Below, piece by piece: positions 1 to 12,129 of a stretch of DNA of 64,000 nucleotides. Positions within the stretch are counted from its first letter, which is position 1; each line of letters starts with the position of its first letter. This DNA is from Eledone cirrhosa (taxonomy: Eukaryota). The translations under genes and the position numbers were made by a program. The stretch lies in NCBI GenBank assembly GCA_964016885.1, contig OZ024747.1:34286001-34350000 (forward strand), read 5' to 3'. Under the pieces are notes generated by a model. That model searched no databases, was not told the origin of the DNA, and saw only the letters and a list, made by a program, of their open reading frames with translations.

Positions 1-2039
1 TATAGAGGAATAGAATAAATTCGTTTCTGTATCATATCTTTACTTCTCAGGATTTTCTGAGTAGAACAAAAGTTGATGCCACTTTGTAGTTTCATCTTTG
101 CAAAATCAATGACCAAGGTAAATATGTTCTCCCAACCTTATACAGATAGCTGATGCTTTGATCAATATTTATAGAACGTCCCTAAATATTCAAGGCTATA
201 GGTAGTAGGCTTAAGGGTATATCTTAGGTGAGCATTAAATACACTGAATATACATACGGTATGGTTACACATACGGACTGTAGTAAATTTAAAAACATCG
301 ATTTTCTGAAACAATGCATGCCATGAGCGGAAAGAAAAACTCCCTCTAGTGTATTTAAATGTAAACACAACAAGTTCGGTGTATAACTGCATTAATATGT
401 TACCGTCATTTTGTAAAATATGGACGATGTATATTGGCGATGATAATAAACTCTATCGTTATTAAAGCTTGTCGCCATGGTACAATCAAACTTATCGTAG
501 CAAATATAGGAATAGGAACAAATTTTTTATTTACAGTAGTTATGAATAATAATGTCAGCAGACTTATTTCTCTCTCCCATAAGCCTGTAGTAACATTGTG
601 AGAAGGATATGTATGCTTGCACAATCTGTCATATTTGCGCCGCGAAATTCATAAAAAAATTCATAGCCTGGACAGGCATTTCCGAATTAACTTAATTTCT
701 CCCATAACCAGTTTATCTACGCCTAATGCAATCTTCTTGACATTGAATACAATTCCTGTGTTAAAAAAATTCTTTAAATCTGATTCTCTTATTTCTTTGT
801 TCATTTATTATCTCTTTCCTTTCTGTATGATCTGTATGGTTCTTGTCATCGAAGTGTAAGTAGGTGTTTATATATTGTGTAATATGTTTAATATTTTGTA
901 CTGTCCATTTGTTGTGTTTGGAGTAATCTTACATTTCATATTCACTAAGCTCCTCAAATACCTTATAAAATTCCATCTTCGCTTTACCCGTTAGTTATCT
1001 TCTCCGCCAAACCACATATTAATAAATTGAAACCATGTGGAATTAAAGTATTGACATTTCCTTCACAATAATATTGAACCATTTAAGGTATTACGTAGCT
1101 CTAATTTCAATGTTGATATCACATATGATATATAATTTCCATTGGACAGAATGCCAGTATATTTACTCGGTTCTACCATAGGAATTCGACATGCCTTAGT
1201 ACTGCATCTACATTATTAGGCGGCTAAATTATCATAATACATATTTTGTTCTAGCCCATAGTTTTCGGATTTCATGTGTTATTTTAACGGGGATATTGTA
1301 GACAGACACTTCATATCTGAACGGAATTTACAAATATGGCTTTTGCACATTTGAACAGTTCTAGATAATGAAACATTACACGATATTCTCCATTATAAAA
1401 TCCGATGAAGGAAAGATATCTCGTCTCAGGCGGACATTCCATTTTGAGAATATTCTCCAGGCTGAACATGCCGATCTATACAATGCCAAATTGGAGAGTT
1501 CGTAAATGTGAAACAATTTCCGGGACGAACTATACAGAATAATCTCACTTGATGACGATTATACAACTTAATGGGCTTCTCTCCTGTAAGACTTTCAATA
1601 TTTACCATCACGTGAGCTTATCTGGCCCAATGAAGTAAGCTTTTACAAGTAGTGTGTAGTCAGATGTCCACTAATGAAAGGTACAAAAACGATGTAAGAC
1701 GCCGTGTTTCAGTACCACAAAATAGTTTATATCTACATGCAAGTATGTCCTTCTACATTTATTCGTTTCTTTTTTTTCTTTTTTGTTTACCTATAGAGAG
1801 CACACCACACTTTTATTAGAATTCATACAATACATATGTATGAGTATCTCTGTGTTCGTGTGTGAACAGTTATGGATATTATTACTTGTGTGGATCAGTA
1901 TATTTTGAGTTAAATGTGTACATACACATATTTCCCTGTCTATACGTGTAAATATACAGCTGTTACATATTGTATGTATGTGCGTAATGTATGGATACCA
2001 GGTTGTATATATGTGTGTTTCTCTTCTCTCTCTACCCCC

Positions 2040-2043
2040 TCTC

Positions 2044-2129
<86 letters not shown>

Positions 2130-2313
2130 GCAATTATGTAGGCTAAATGTTCTAAATGACTAGGATTTTAGTACCATGTTTCGACATTCCTTATGCTCCG
2201 ATGAAACCAGACATCCCTCTGAAAGAAACAATTGTCAGTAAATAAATGTTCTAAACTAAACTTTGATCGTTTTAACACTTTATATATATATATGTATATT
2301 TGTATCATATATA

Positions 2314-2400
<87 letters not shown>
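2040..2400. repeat. (TC)n(TA)n and (TA)n microsatellites
   Basis: Directly visible at ~2040-2126 and 2320-2400. Confidence 0.95.
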
Positions 2401-2404
<4 letters not shown>

Positions 2405-3249
2405 GATTCCTACAGGAATTGCAGGAGATAATGATGATATCAAATAAACATATTTACCGTAAGCCTCTCTCTCTCTCCCTTTATCATTCTTTACATCATT
2501 CTGTAAAGAATGATAAACTATTTTTCTCGCCATGACAAAGAAGGCATCAAATAGCCTTTCAAGGTTTGTTACCGTACACTGACATCCATTTTAGCTGAAC
2601 ATGTAGAAAATGTCAATTGAATGAAACCTAGATATCCCCGCCCGCCATTCAATGAGAAATTGAAATAGAATGGCAATTTCTGAAATAATGAAGCAATCAG
2701 GTAACCGACCGGCCAAACAAGAAATATAAAAACATAAAACACTAAAACCTAGTAGGTTACAGAAAATAGAATTGACCTGTAAAAGATATTGGTTTTTCTT
2801 TTCTTCTGAAAGAACATCGATAGGTGGCTCGTACTGAATGCCAAGTAAACGGGAGAAAATTGAAAAGAAAACAATCAAAATGAAAAGAAAGAAACCCTAT
2901 ATAAAAACAAAAACAAAACAAATCAAAAAATAAAAATGGTTCTTCTCAAATCGTAATGATATCAATTTTCTATTGCTTCTATCAGTATACGTAGTCTGAC
3001 TACCTGCTGCTATCCATTGCATTACTATCTACCACATTACAGGCCCGTTACTTCATCTGTGACTATTGTTATACGAGAATCATCACAAGGGTTGCTCATT
3101 CGTCTTGTCGTAGTCGCCGTCGTCATCTTTGACAATATATCATTTATTAGTGCACTCCTGTCATCGCTATTGCTAATAATATGAATTTTGACATCCTCCT
3201 CTTCCTTCTCCTCCACCATATGTTCATACTTATCCTCCACCACGTGCTT

Positions 3250-3320
3250 TTCCTCCTCCTACTACTACTATTGCTGCTGCTGCTACTACCACTACTACTA
3301 CTACTACCACCACCACCACC

Positions 3321-3367
<47 letters not shown>

Positions 3368-3370
3368 CTA

Positions 3371-3414
<44 letters not shown>

Positions 3415-4430
3415 CTCATCCCTCCCACTGCTTCTCAACCAACTTTTCACCTTCATCCTCCTCTTCCACCACCTTTCCTTATTCCACCGTATCATCAACA
3501 TCATCAGCATATGGCTCATCATTATGATCGACATCTTTTTTATCGTTGTTGTCATCATCACCATCATCACCATCATCACTATCATCACCATTCCTCATCA
3601 TCATCACCATCATCACCATCATCATCATCATCACCATCATCACCATCATGATCACCATCATCACCATCATCATCATTATCACCATGATCACCATGATCAC
3701 CATTCATCATCATCATCACCGTTATCCACTTCTGCCTCCTTCACCTCCTCATCTCCCCCTCATCATTATATCCTCCCACTTCAGCAGGAGACATATCAGC
3801 ACGTTTCCTCCCTCCCTCCCTCCAATTACACATCCTTATAATATTGAAGTCTTAATCACAAGTCTGTTCCCTCCACAGCAAAAATCACACACCACCGTCA
3901 TTCTTTTTATAATGATAGGTTTTCTGCTCCCCATCGTCACCACCATCATCACCACCATCACCACATTTACCACCATCACCACCACCACCACCATCACTAC
4001 CATCACCACCATCACCACCATCACTACCACCACAACCATCACCACTATCACCACCATCACCACGATCACCACCATCACCACCACCACCACCATCACTACC
4101 GTCACCACCATCACCACAATCATTACCATCACCACCACCACCACCATCACCACCATCACCACCACCACCACCATCACTACCATCACCACCATCACCACCA
4201 TCACTACCATCACCACCATCACCACCACCACCACCATCACTACCATCACCACCATCACCACCATCACCACCACCACCACCACCATCACCACCATCACCAC
4301 CACCACCACCACCACCACCACCACCATCACCACCATCACCACCATCACTACCATCACCACCATCACCACCATCACCACCACCACCACCATCACTACCATC
4401 ACCACCATCAACACCGTCACTACCACAATT
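3250..4430. repeat. Compound trinucleotide micro/minisatellite (TAC, CAC, CAT; CACCATCAC units)
   Basis: Directly visible; explains the homopolymeric ORFs here. Confidence 0.95.
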
Positions 4431-4561
4431 AACATAGCCAACACAAGCATAGTTATCCCCATCACCTCCATCGTCGACGTCAAAATAATAATACTAATAA
4501 TAATAATACTTAACGTCATCATCATCATAATCATCATTGTCATTGCCATAGTAGTAATAAT

Positions 4562-5042
4562 TGTTTCTACGTTAGGCACAAGGCCAGCAATTAATAAAGT
4601 ACCTGTAATACACTGGTATTACCGGTACTTTATTTCATCGACCCCATAGTAGTAATAATGATGATGATAATTGTTTCTACTATTGGCACAAGGCCAGCAA
4701 TTATCACAGTGTATTACTGGTACTTTATTTTATTGACCCCGTAAGGATGAAAGGCAAAGTTAACCTTGGCGGGATTTGAACTCAGACCATAAAAGGGACG
4801 TAACTCTATGCTGCAAAGCATGGCGCCCGACCCTCTACCGATACTGCCAGATAACTATAATAATAATTGTTTCTACTTTAGGCACAAGGCCAGCAATTAC
4901 CCAGTGCATTACTGGTACTTTATTTTATCGACCCCGTAAGGATGAAAGGCAAAGTCAACCTCGGCGGGATTTGAACTCAGATCGTAAAGGGACGTAACTA
5001 TGCTGGAAAGCATGGCGTCCAACCCTCTACCGATACTGCCAA
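4562..5042 (-). mobile_element. Three tandem SINE copies (one 5'-truncated, two near full length)
   Basis: Repeated TTGTTTCTAC..GGCACAAGGCCAGCAATT at ~4561, 4671 and 4867. TSD CCATAGTAGTAATAAT at 4546-4561 and 4644-4659. Confidence 0.9.
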
Positions 5043-5044
5043 AT

Positions 5045-5566
5045 GATAATAATCATCATCATTGTGGTAGTAGTTATTGTCGTTGTAGACATCTTCATCA
5101 TCATCATCATCATATTAATCATCATCCCCATCATACAAATTATCATCGTCACCATCAACCCCATCATAATCATATCATCATCATCATCATCATCGTCGTC
5201 ATAAAAGTCACAATTTTCATCAATGTTGCTATCAGCATGGCTGCTGCAGTCACTATCCAAGTGTGATTGATTTAGCAGAGGACTGCTTCATTCAATTTAC
5301 TGCCATGCACGACATAGCGAAGCTTTTTCTACCTCAAGATGATTGCAATACATGAGAGAAAATTGATAACGGAGTATTTCGCTGAAGGCAACTGCACGAT
5401 CCTCCAACTTACTCATCGCTAGTTCATTAGCTCTTGTGTGATATCTACGGTATACAGACAGGTGGTGCACTTATTACCCAGGCTCTTCTTGTTCCTGCTG
5501 CTGTTGTTGCTGTTGTTGTTGTTGTTGTCGTCGTCGCCGTCGTCGTCGTCGTCTTCGTTGTCGTTG

Positions 5567-5606
<40 letters not shown>

Positions 5607-6030
5607 TGCTGTTGTTGCTACTTCTGCTTGTACTGCTGCTGCTTTCATTGCTTGACTGTTTGTCGTTGTCAATATGATCATGAAAAACAATGTTTGTGTT
5701 GATGATATTGATGGTGATTATATTGACCACGATGATGATGATCATCATCATAATGGTGTTGGTGGTGTTGGTGGTGCTGGCAATTGCGGTGATGAGGAGT
5801 GCATTGTTGTGGTTTGTGGTGAAGGTGATGGTGTTGCTGCTGATGGTAATGATAGCAAAGGTGCTGGTGGTGTCGGTGGTGGTGACAATGATGGCGGTTG
5901 TTGTAGTAGTGAATATGTTGTCGGTGGTTGTCGCGGTGACACTGATGTACTGATGATGTTGGTGGATGTGCTAATGGTGATGGGGGTGAAGACACTGGTG
6001 ATTTGATTGTGGGTGATGGAGATGGAGGTC
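5045..6030. repeat. Degenerate trinucleotide repeats (CAT, GTT, GCT, GGT/GAT)
   Basis: Directly visible. Confidence 0.85.
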
Positions 6031-6334
6031 GATTGTGAAGAGAATTATTTTTGCAAAATGTTTTTATTTCAAAATGTCTTGCTTGGTTTGATGAAGATAA
6101 TGTTTACTTGTTGCAGTGACTGTCGAAACTTGCCTGAATTAGTGTTTGTTTGGAGATGGAGTGAATTAGATGTTATATATTACTGCCCTCGAGCAAGCAG
6201 CAGATTAGTGTATGCTTTTAGTAGAAGAATGTTTGAATACTAATATATGTATATACGTACGCATGAACTCATGTATATAGGTATGCAGGCATATCATAAT
6301 ATATATATATACATAACAATATATATACATTAAC

Positions 6335-6382
<48 letters not shown>

Positions 6383-6434
6383 TAATTGTTTCTACTGTTG
6401 GCACAAGGCCAGCAATTACCCAATGCATTACTGG
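6383..6434 (-). mobile_element. SINE 3' fragment within the tail of Tx1 copy A
   Basis: TAATTGTTTCTACTGTTGGCACAAGGCCAGCAATTACCC directly after (AAT)n. Confidence 0.85.
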
Positions 6435-6699
6435 GTAACAATAATGCTTTCTTTATTAACCACAAGGGTTTACATAAAGTAGACATTAAGGAAAGTACAG
6501 GACAATGAAGGACGGTACAAATGGGCATTTCTGCATGTAAAAAAAAAGAAAAACAGAGGATGTAACAAAAAAATAACAATGAAAAATTACCCAATAGGGG
6601 GGAGACTTCCGAGGGACATTTGTGGAGAAAGCCCATTAAAAGGCGACAGTGACCCTGACCACCAGGCCAAGTGCCCTCTCCCAGTTTTCCACCTTTAAT

Positions 6700-9600
6700 T
6701 TACAGACACATACACAGAGTAGGCCCATTCACTCGGGCCATTCTTGTCTCTCCCACCCATCTTTCAACAAAATGCTGGGAAGACAGCACTTCCTTCTCTA
6801 CCATGATTTTCCTTTTCAAATGAAATTTGAAAAAGTTAATCAGGGCATCACCGAAGAGGCAAGTGCTCGTCTTCAGCCCTCTCAAAGGTGTCCACCATAC
6901 TATCTATTTCGCCATGGCCACCAGACAGATAAAAACTGCCTGCCCTTCCCGGCTAAAGGAAGAGGGCGGGACAATCCTCACGATGGATTCAGCTGATAGC
7001 TGCATCCGTCCTACACGTGACAGCAGGTGTTCGACATAAACCCACAAGTCAGCAATGCTCGGACACTGGACGAGTGCGTGCAGGACGGTTTCGTCGCCCT
7101 GCGCGCATCTCGGACATGCCCGGCTGACGACACCTCCATGCCTGTAGAGTTTATCACGAACTGGCAAAGCTCCTCGGTAGAACTGCCAGGCCAGGGAATT
7201 CTGGTAGTTGTCCATAGGCTCCGGCCCGAAAGTTCATCCGAAGAGATTGGCTAGTTGATGTTCGTCGACGCCTAGAGTTTCTCCAAGTACGTCGTCGTTC
7301 TTCCCCTCTACTAATCCTCCATAGAACGCCAAGGTGGAGTTTCCACCGATCACATTGCCCGATTGGTCGAGGGCTGTGAGCGCATGAAGACATTCCAGTC
7401 TCCAAGCACTCCCTCTCGATTTTCGGTTGACCCAGGACAGCATCCCCGTCAAGGAGACGAGCTGGGGAAAGACGCGTCTAGCAAACGGCGACCACACCTG
7501 ATCACGGTCGAGGAAGAGGTGGAGATGTTGTAGCCTGAGCGCGTGTCTGCGCATCATTAGCCACGGCATGCTCAGCCATCCACGTAGCGGGTGTTGACAC
7601 CAGATGGACAGCCTGACCATCAGACCGCGTCCCTTCCACAAAAAGCGAAAGAGCAAACGCTCCAGCGCAGACAGGCGACTCTTTGGATAAGTTACGACGG
7701 TCAGGCAGTAGTAGATGACAGACGCGTTAGCCACCTCCGCTCGACCTTTCAGTGATAGCTTCCTCTACACCCATTTCTGGGTGAGAGAAGCCACCCTGCT
7801 CGTCACCTTGTCCCAGTGTTTGTCCCTCTGGAGGTCCGGACAGATCCAGACCCCTAGCAATTTAACCGGTCCGTCCGTCCAGCGCCCGACGACGCAGTTG
7901 GACTGAATGGACCTGCCTCTCCAGATGCTGAGCTGCAGCTCCACCGACTTTTCCTGGATGATCATTTCTCCTGTCACCGCTTCGTATTCTCTTAGTGTAG
8001 TGACGATCGCCTCAATGTGTTTGGTGTTCGACACCACTACGGTGACATCGTCCGCATATGCTGACACGGATCTTCCATATCCTAGTTCATGCGGGACCAC
8101 CCTCAACGTCACCAGGTCGTGCAGTAATGGCTCGAGAGTCAATACGTACAAGAGCGACGAGAGGGGACATCTTTGGCGGACCGAGCGCATGATGTTGAAC
8201 GATTCCGAAAGGTGACCGTTCACTCTCACCACAGAGCAGTTGCCGCTGTGCATAGCAGCGATCCAGCCTCTGAAGACGGGCCCAAAGCCAGCCGCCTTCA
8301 GGACTGCCGCTAGGTAACAATGGTCGACCCTATCGAAAGCTCTCGACTGATCTAAATTGATCAAGGACCCACCGGTGCCAGGTTCCCTAGCAACCCTCTC
8401 TACGATGTATAGCATGAGGTGGAGGTTCTCGTGGATAGATCTGTCGGGAATGGCGTATGTCTGCGCCTCTCCCACCAGACCACCAACGACAAGCGCCAAC
8501 CTCTTTGCTAGCCCCTTGGCCAAAATCTTGAAATCTGTGTTTAGCAGAATTATGGGTCCAATTTTTCCTTGTTATCCCCCTTGTTCGGATCCTTCTCTCA
8601 GCAGCTCCACCGCTCCTCGCCTCACAGAGCTGGGAATTCTTCTGTTATGCTGCCAGTTGCAGTAGACGTCCGCCAAGAGGCCTCCGAACAAGTCTGGCAT
8701 CTGTACCTAAAGTTCATAGGGTAGACCATCCAAAGCAGGCGATTTACCCCTTGTGCAACCAGTTATTGCTTCCCGTACCTCAGCGGCTGTTATCGGTTTT
8801 CGCAACACTACGCCTCCGTGGCCGAGAGCCGCGGCTGTCCGTCGAGGTAGACACTAAAGTCCATCCCTCGATCCGACCCGCCGCTTCCCGGATCGAGTAT
8901 CATGCGCCCGTCGTGGTCCACCAAAGACCGGATCGTGGCTTTGTTGCCACGACGCGCCTCTGCCACTCGAACCCATTGAACGGCTTTCATCCCCTCGTGT
9001 CTGAGAGCACGCACCCTAGCTCTGACAACGCAGGCTTCGTGCTTTGCATTGAAGAATTGCTCACGGGCATATTTCGCCGCAAGTACGTCGGTCGCGATGC
9101 CTTTGTTAAGCGACTCGTCTAATTTTCTAACTAGTTCTCCTTCTGCTTTATTTTTCTCTATAGCTAAAACCTTACTAAACCTAATGCACTCTATTCTAAT
9201 CGCTCTTTTCAGAGCAAACCACCACTTGTTGTTGACGATGGCCCCCGTCAACGCTCGCTTAATTAGTTCACTATTCCCGTCTCTGTAGGCCTTGCGCGCT
9301 GATAAGGACGCGTTTAGCTTCCAGTAGCCGGGTCCTTGTCTATGAAGCCTATCTAAGTCAACCACACAGATCAAGAATTTGTGGTCCGTGTAGCTGACTA
9401 TCTTGAAATGTGGACATACCTATCTATTTCCCTACAAAATACTCTCTCTAGATATGATATGGATGACCCGATTGGGTTTGTCCAAGTCCACATTGGCACA
9501 TTCAGAAATCCAATCGGTACCTGTCAGACAGTTTAAACGTCTGAGCAGGTTGGTGAGGCGCGAGCACCCCCTCCCTATCCGCTAATCCCACACAGTCCCA

Positions 9601-10047
9601 GCGTTCATCTAAGATCCCGTTCCAGTCGCCCACTAACATTAAAGAGCGGGACGTTCCTAGAAAGGTCTCCAGACGCCGGAAGAAATAAGGCCGCCCTGCT
9701 CCTGTCGAGGCATAGACGGCCACTAGCCTGAAAGCTTGCCCGTCTCCGTTGGTCACGTCCAGCACCACCAACTTACCTTCTGGGTCCAGGAAGGTGGCCC
9801 GTATGGCGAGATCAAAACCTCTCCGAAAAAGAACAGCAACTCCTGCCCCCGATCCAGGACGGCTGGGAGATGCGTACACATCGTAACCGCCGAAGATCAT
9901 TGCGAAGGCCCGTGTTTCGGAGATTCTTGTCTCGCTGATGGCCACTACATCTATGTTTAGTGACCTGAGGTCGTTGAGCCGGTGGCCCTGACTCCATGAC
10001 GACACCAAGCCACGCGCATTTATGCTGCCTATTCTGAGTGAGGTCAT
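6700..10047 (-). pseudogene. Copy A ORF2: AP-endonuclease + reverse transcriptase + C-terminal Cys motif, frameshifted
   Basis: Fragments MTSLRIGSINARGL..SETR..GDWN (APE), GPGYWKLN, LDQSRAFDRVDH, RQRCPLS, AYADDVT (RT), CPRCAQGDETVLHALVQCP. Confidence 0.92.
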
Positions 10048-10179
10048 GTTGAAATGGAGTGGAAAAGGTGGTTTCTCCATCCCTTTACACTTGCTCGTCT
10101 GGTAAGGGACCGTTGAATCGTCCCTTCGGCTTGTCGTCGGCTCTTCTGTGATTATATCCGAATATACTCTCCGGCTGAT

Positions 10180-11491
10180 CTATCCTTCCTGCTTGCCGCC
10201 TGTCCTGTCGATGGTAGCAGTGGTGCCGGTTTCGGAAGGTGGGTTTTTTTTCTCCTTTCTCAGAGTCTTCTTATTGCCATAGGCCCTGAGGTGAGTCTTC
10301 GACCCACAACGAAAGCATTTCGGGCGCTTGCCCTCAACACTTATGGGCAGTTGAGTGCCGTTATCGAAGTCTATCACATCCGGGATAGCTTCGATGCATT
10401 CCTGGTTGGTTTGAATTAACATCTCAATGGAGGTGTCTACCCAATCTTCTCGTACTTTTTTCTGCACTTGCAGTACAGTTGTTTTGTCGTCGATTTCGAC
10501 GAAGACAGACGCGGCCATCCAGAAGGGGCCATCCCGGGGGGACGTGGGTCAGTTCGACCCTCACAATTTTTTGCCCGCAGTAGGAGGCCACCAAAAACAT
10601 TTCCTCGCTCCTTAGGATCACTAAGGAATGAACCTTTTCCTTCTGGGGGGTGGCAAAAAGCACGTCTACGGTGGCATATTTCTTGCCAGAGGTGATATGC
10701 GTTTTCCGCTGACACACAGACCCTTAGGCTTTTTGTATTTGAGCCACTGTGGCTCTTTCAACCCTACTTGATTTTGTGCTTACTGTACGGTACGTGACCG
10801 TACAGTGCTGTTGGGTTTCGATACATTTTTCGGCTGCCTTGCAGATTGATCGGTGTTCGGTTTTAGTCACCATCTTCTTTGCTTCCTGTAATTCCTCATT
10901 TGTTATAAGGATGGTTTCCAGGTTCTTTGCGATACCTGCAAACGAGATTGGTTTTTCTTTCTTGTTGTTGCTGTTGTTGTCGTCAGAGCTGCTGTTACTT
11001 TTGTTGTTGTTGCTTGTACTACGACCGCCGCCGTCGCTGTTGCTGTGGTTGTTGCTGCTGTTGCTGCTGCTGCTGCTATTATTGTTGCTGTTGGTGCCGC
11101 TGATGTTGTTGCGGCTGCTACTAGTGTTTTCCTTGTCACTATTGCTGCTGCTGGTGTTATTACGGCTGCTGCTTCTATTCTTCATGACGGCGGACGAATG
11201 AAATGGCTTGCCGTATTTACCACACACCTTTTTCGTCGTTGTCGTCGTCGTGGAGAAATGTTCCACGGTATGCACGTTCTCTTGGTGAAAGCTACCAGAA
11301 ACTATATTTTTCTTTTTCTTTAATGGTGTCGCTTGCGAAAGAGACGACACCACATTTAGAGAAGGGAGGGAGAGAGAGACATTTAGAGAAGGGAGGGAGT
11401 GTGATAATATTCTCTCTGGTGTAGTGACGATTGAGAAAGAAGAAGACGGAATGAGAGGGAGTGACTTGTGAAAATTCTTTTTTGTATCCAT
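10180..11491 (-). pseudogene. Copy A ORF1 (Ser/Asn-rich N-terminus, putative RRM-like core, gag-type zinc knuckle), frameshifted
   Basis: ORFs 10724-11527, 10424-10717 and 10180-10518. CFRCGSKTHLRAYG is a CX2CX4HX4C knuckle with the last Cys lost. Aligns by eye to copy C ORF1. Confidence 0.8.
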
Positions 11492-11729
11492 GTTTTTTTT
11501 TCGGTTTAAAATGAATATTGGGCACAAAATCCCAATAAGCGGTTATTTAACCAAGAAGGGCCAAATAACGGCCAGAAAGACCCCTCTCACGAGGAGGAGG
11601 GTGTTTTTATCTACAATTTGGATCAAGTTTTAAACAATTTACAATTGTTATAGCGGTTAAAAATTACTATACCTTACTGAGCCGAGCCTCCGTCAACCAT
11701 GGCATTGAATAATAATAATAATAATAATA

Positions 11730-11908
11730 ATTGTTTCTACATTGGGCACAAGGCCAGCAAATACCCTCTGCATTACTGGTACTTTAATTTATCGACCCCG
11801 TTAGGATGAAAGGCTAAGTTAACCTCGGCAAGATTTGAAATCAGAATGGTAAGGGCCGTAACTCTATGCGCCAAAGCATTGCGTCCGACCCTCTACCGAT
11901 ACTGCAAA
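11730..11908 (-). mobile_element. SINE between Tx1 copies A and B
   Basis: Matches the reference SINE; (AAT)n on both sides. Confidence 0.9.
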
Positions 11909-12129
11909 TTAATAATAATAATAATAATTTCATTTAATTGGCCACAAGGCCCGACATATGGGGGACAATACAAAAGACAGTGATAGTGGGCGTTTACATA
12001 TAGAACGTGTAAACAATAAACATAATAATAACAAAATAACAATAAAAATACAATTAACATTCTCCAATAGGGAGGATTAACTCAGGTACCCCACGAATCC
12101 AAAACGCGTGAAAGGCATCTTCTCGTCCT

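Larger units (their letters stand above)
6436..11707 (-). mobile_element. Tx1/L1-group non-LTR retrotransposon, copy A (near full length, degraded)
   Basis: 5'UTR, ORF1 with zinc knuckle, ORF2 (APE-RT-Cys motif) and 3'UTR ending ...CCTTGTGGTTAATAAAGAAAGC plus ATT-type tail. Both ends abut (AAT)n. Confidence 0.92.

Noticed and set aside
979-990. RVKR furin-like site suggesting a viral envelope gene
   Set aside because: The frame has many stops, other frames look equally protein-like, and a 4-aa motif is not enough evidence.
3147-6006. Long ORFs with poly-Thr/Ile, poly-His, poly-Tyr or poly-Leu (e.g. 3546-4649)
   Set aside because: They are artefacts of trinucleotide repeats being open in several frames, and one runs into a SINE.
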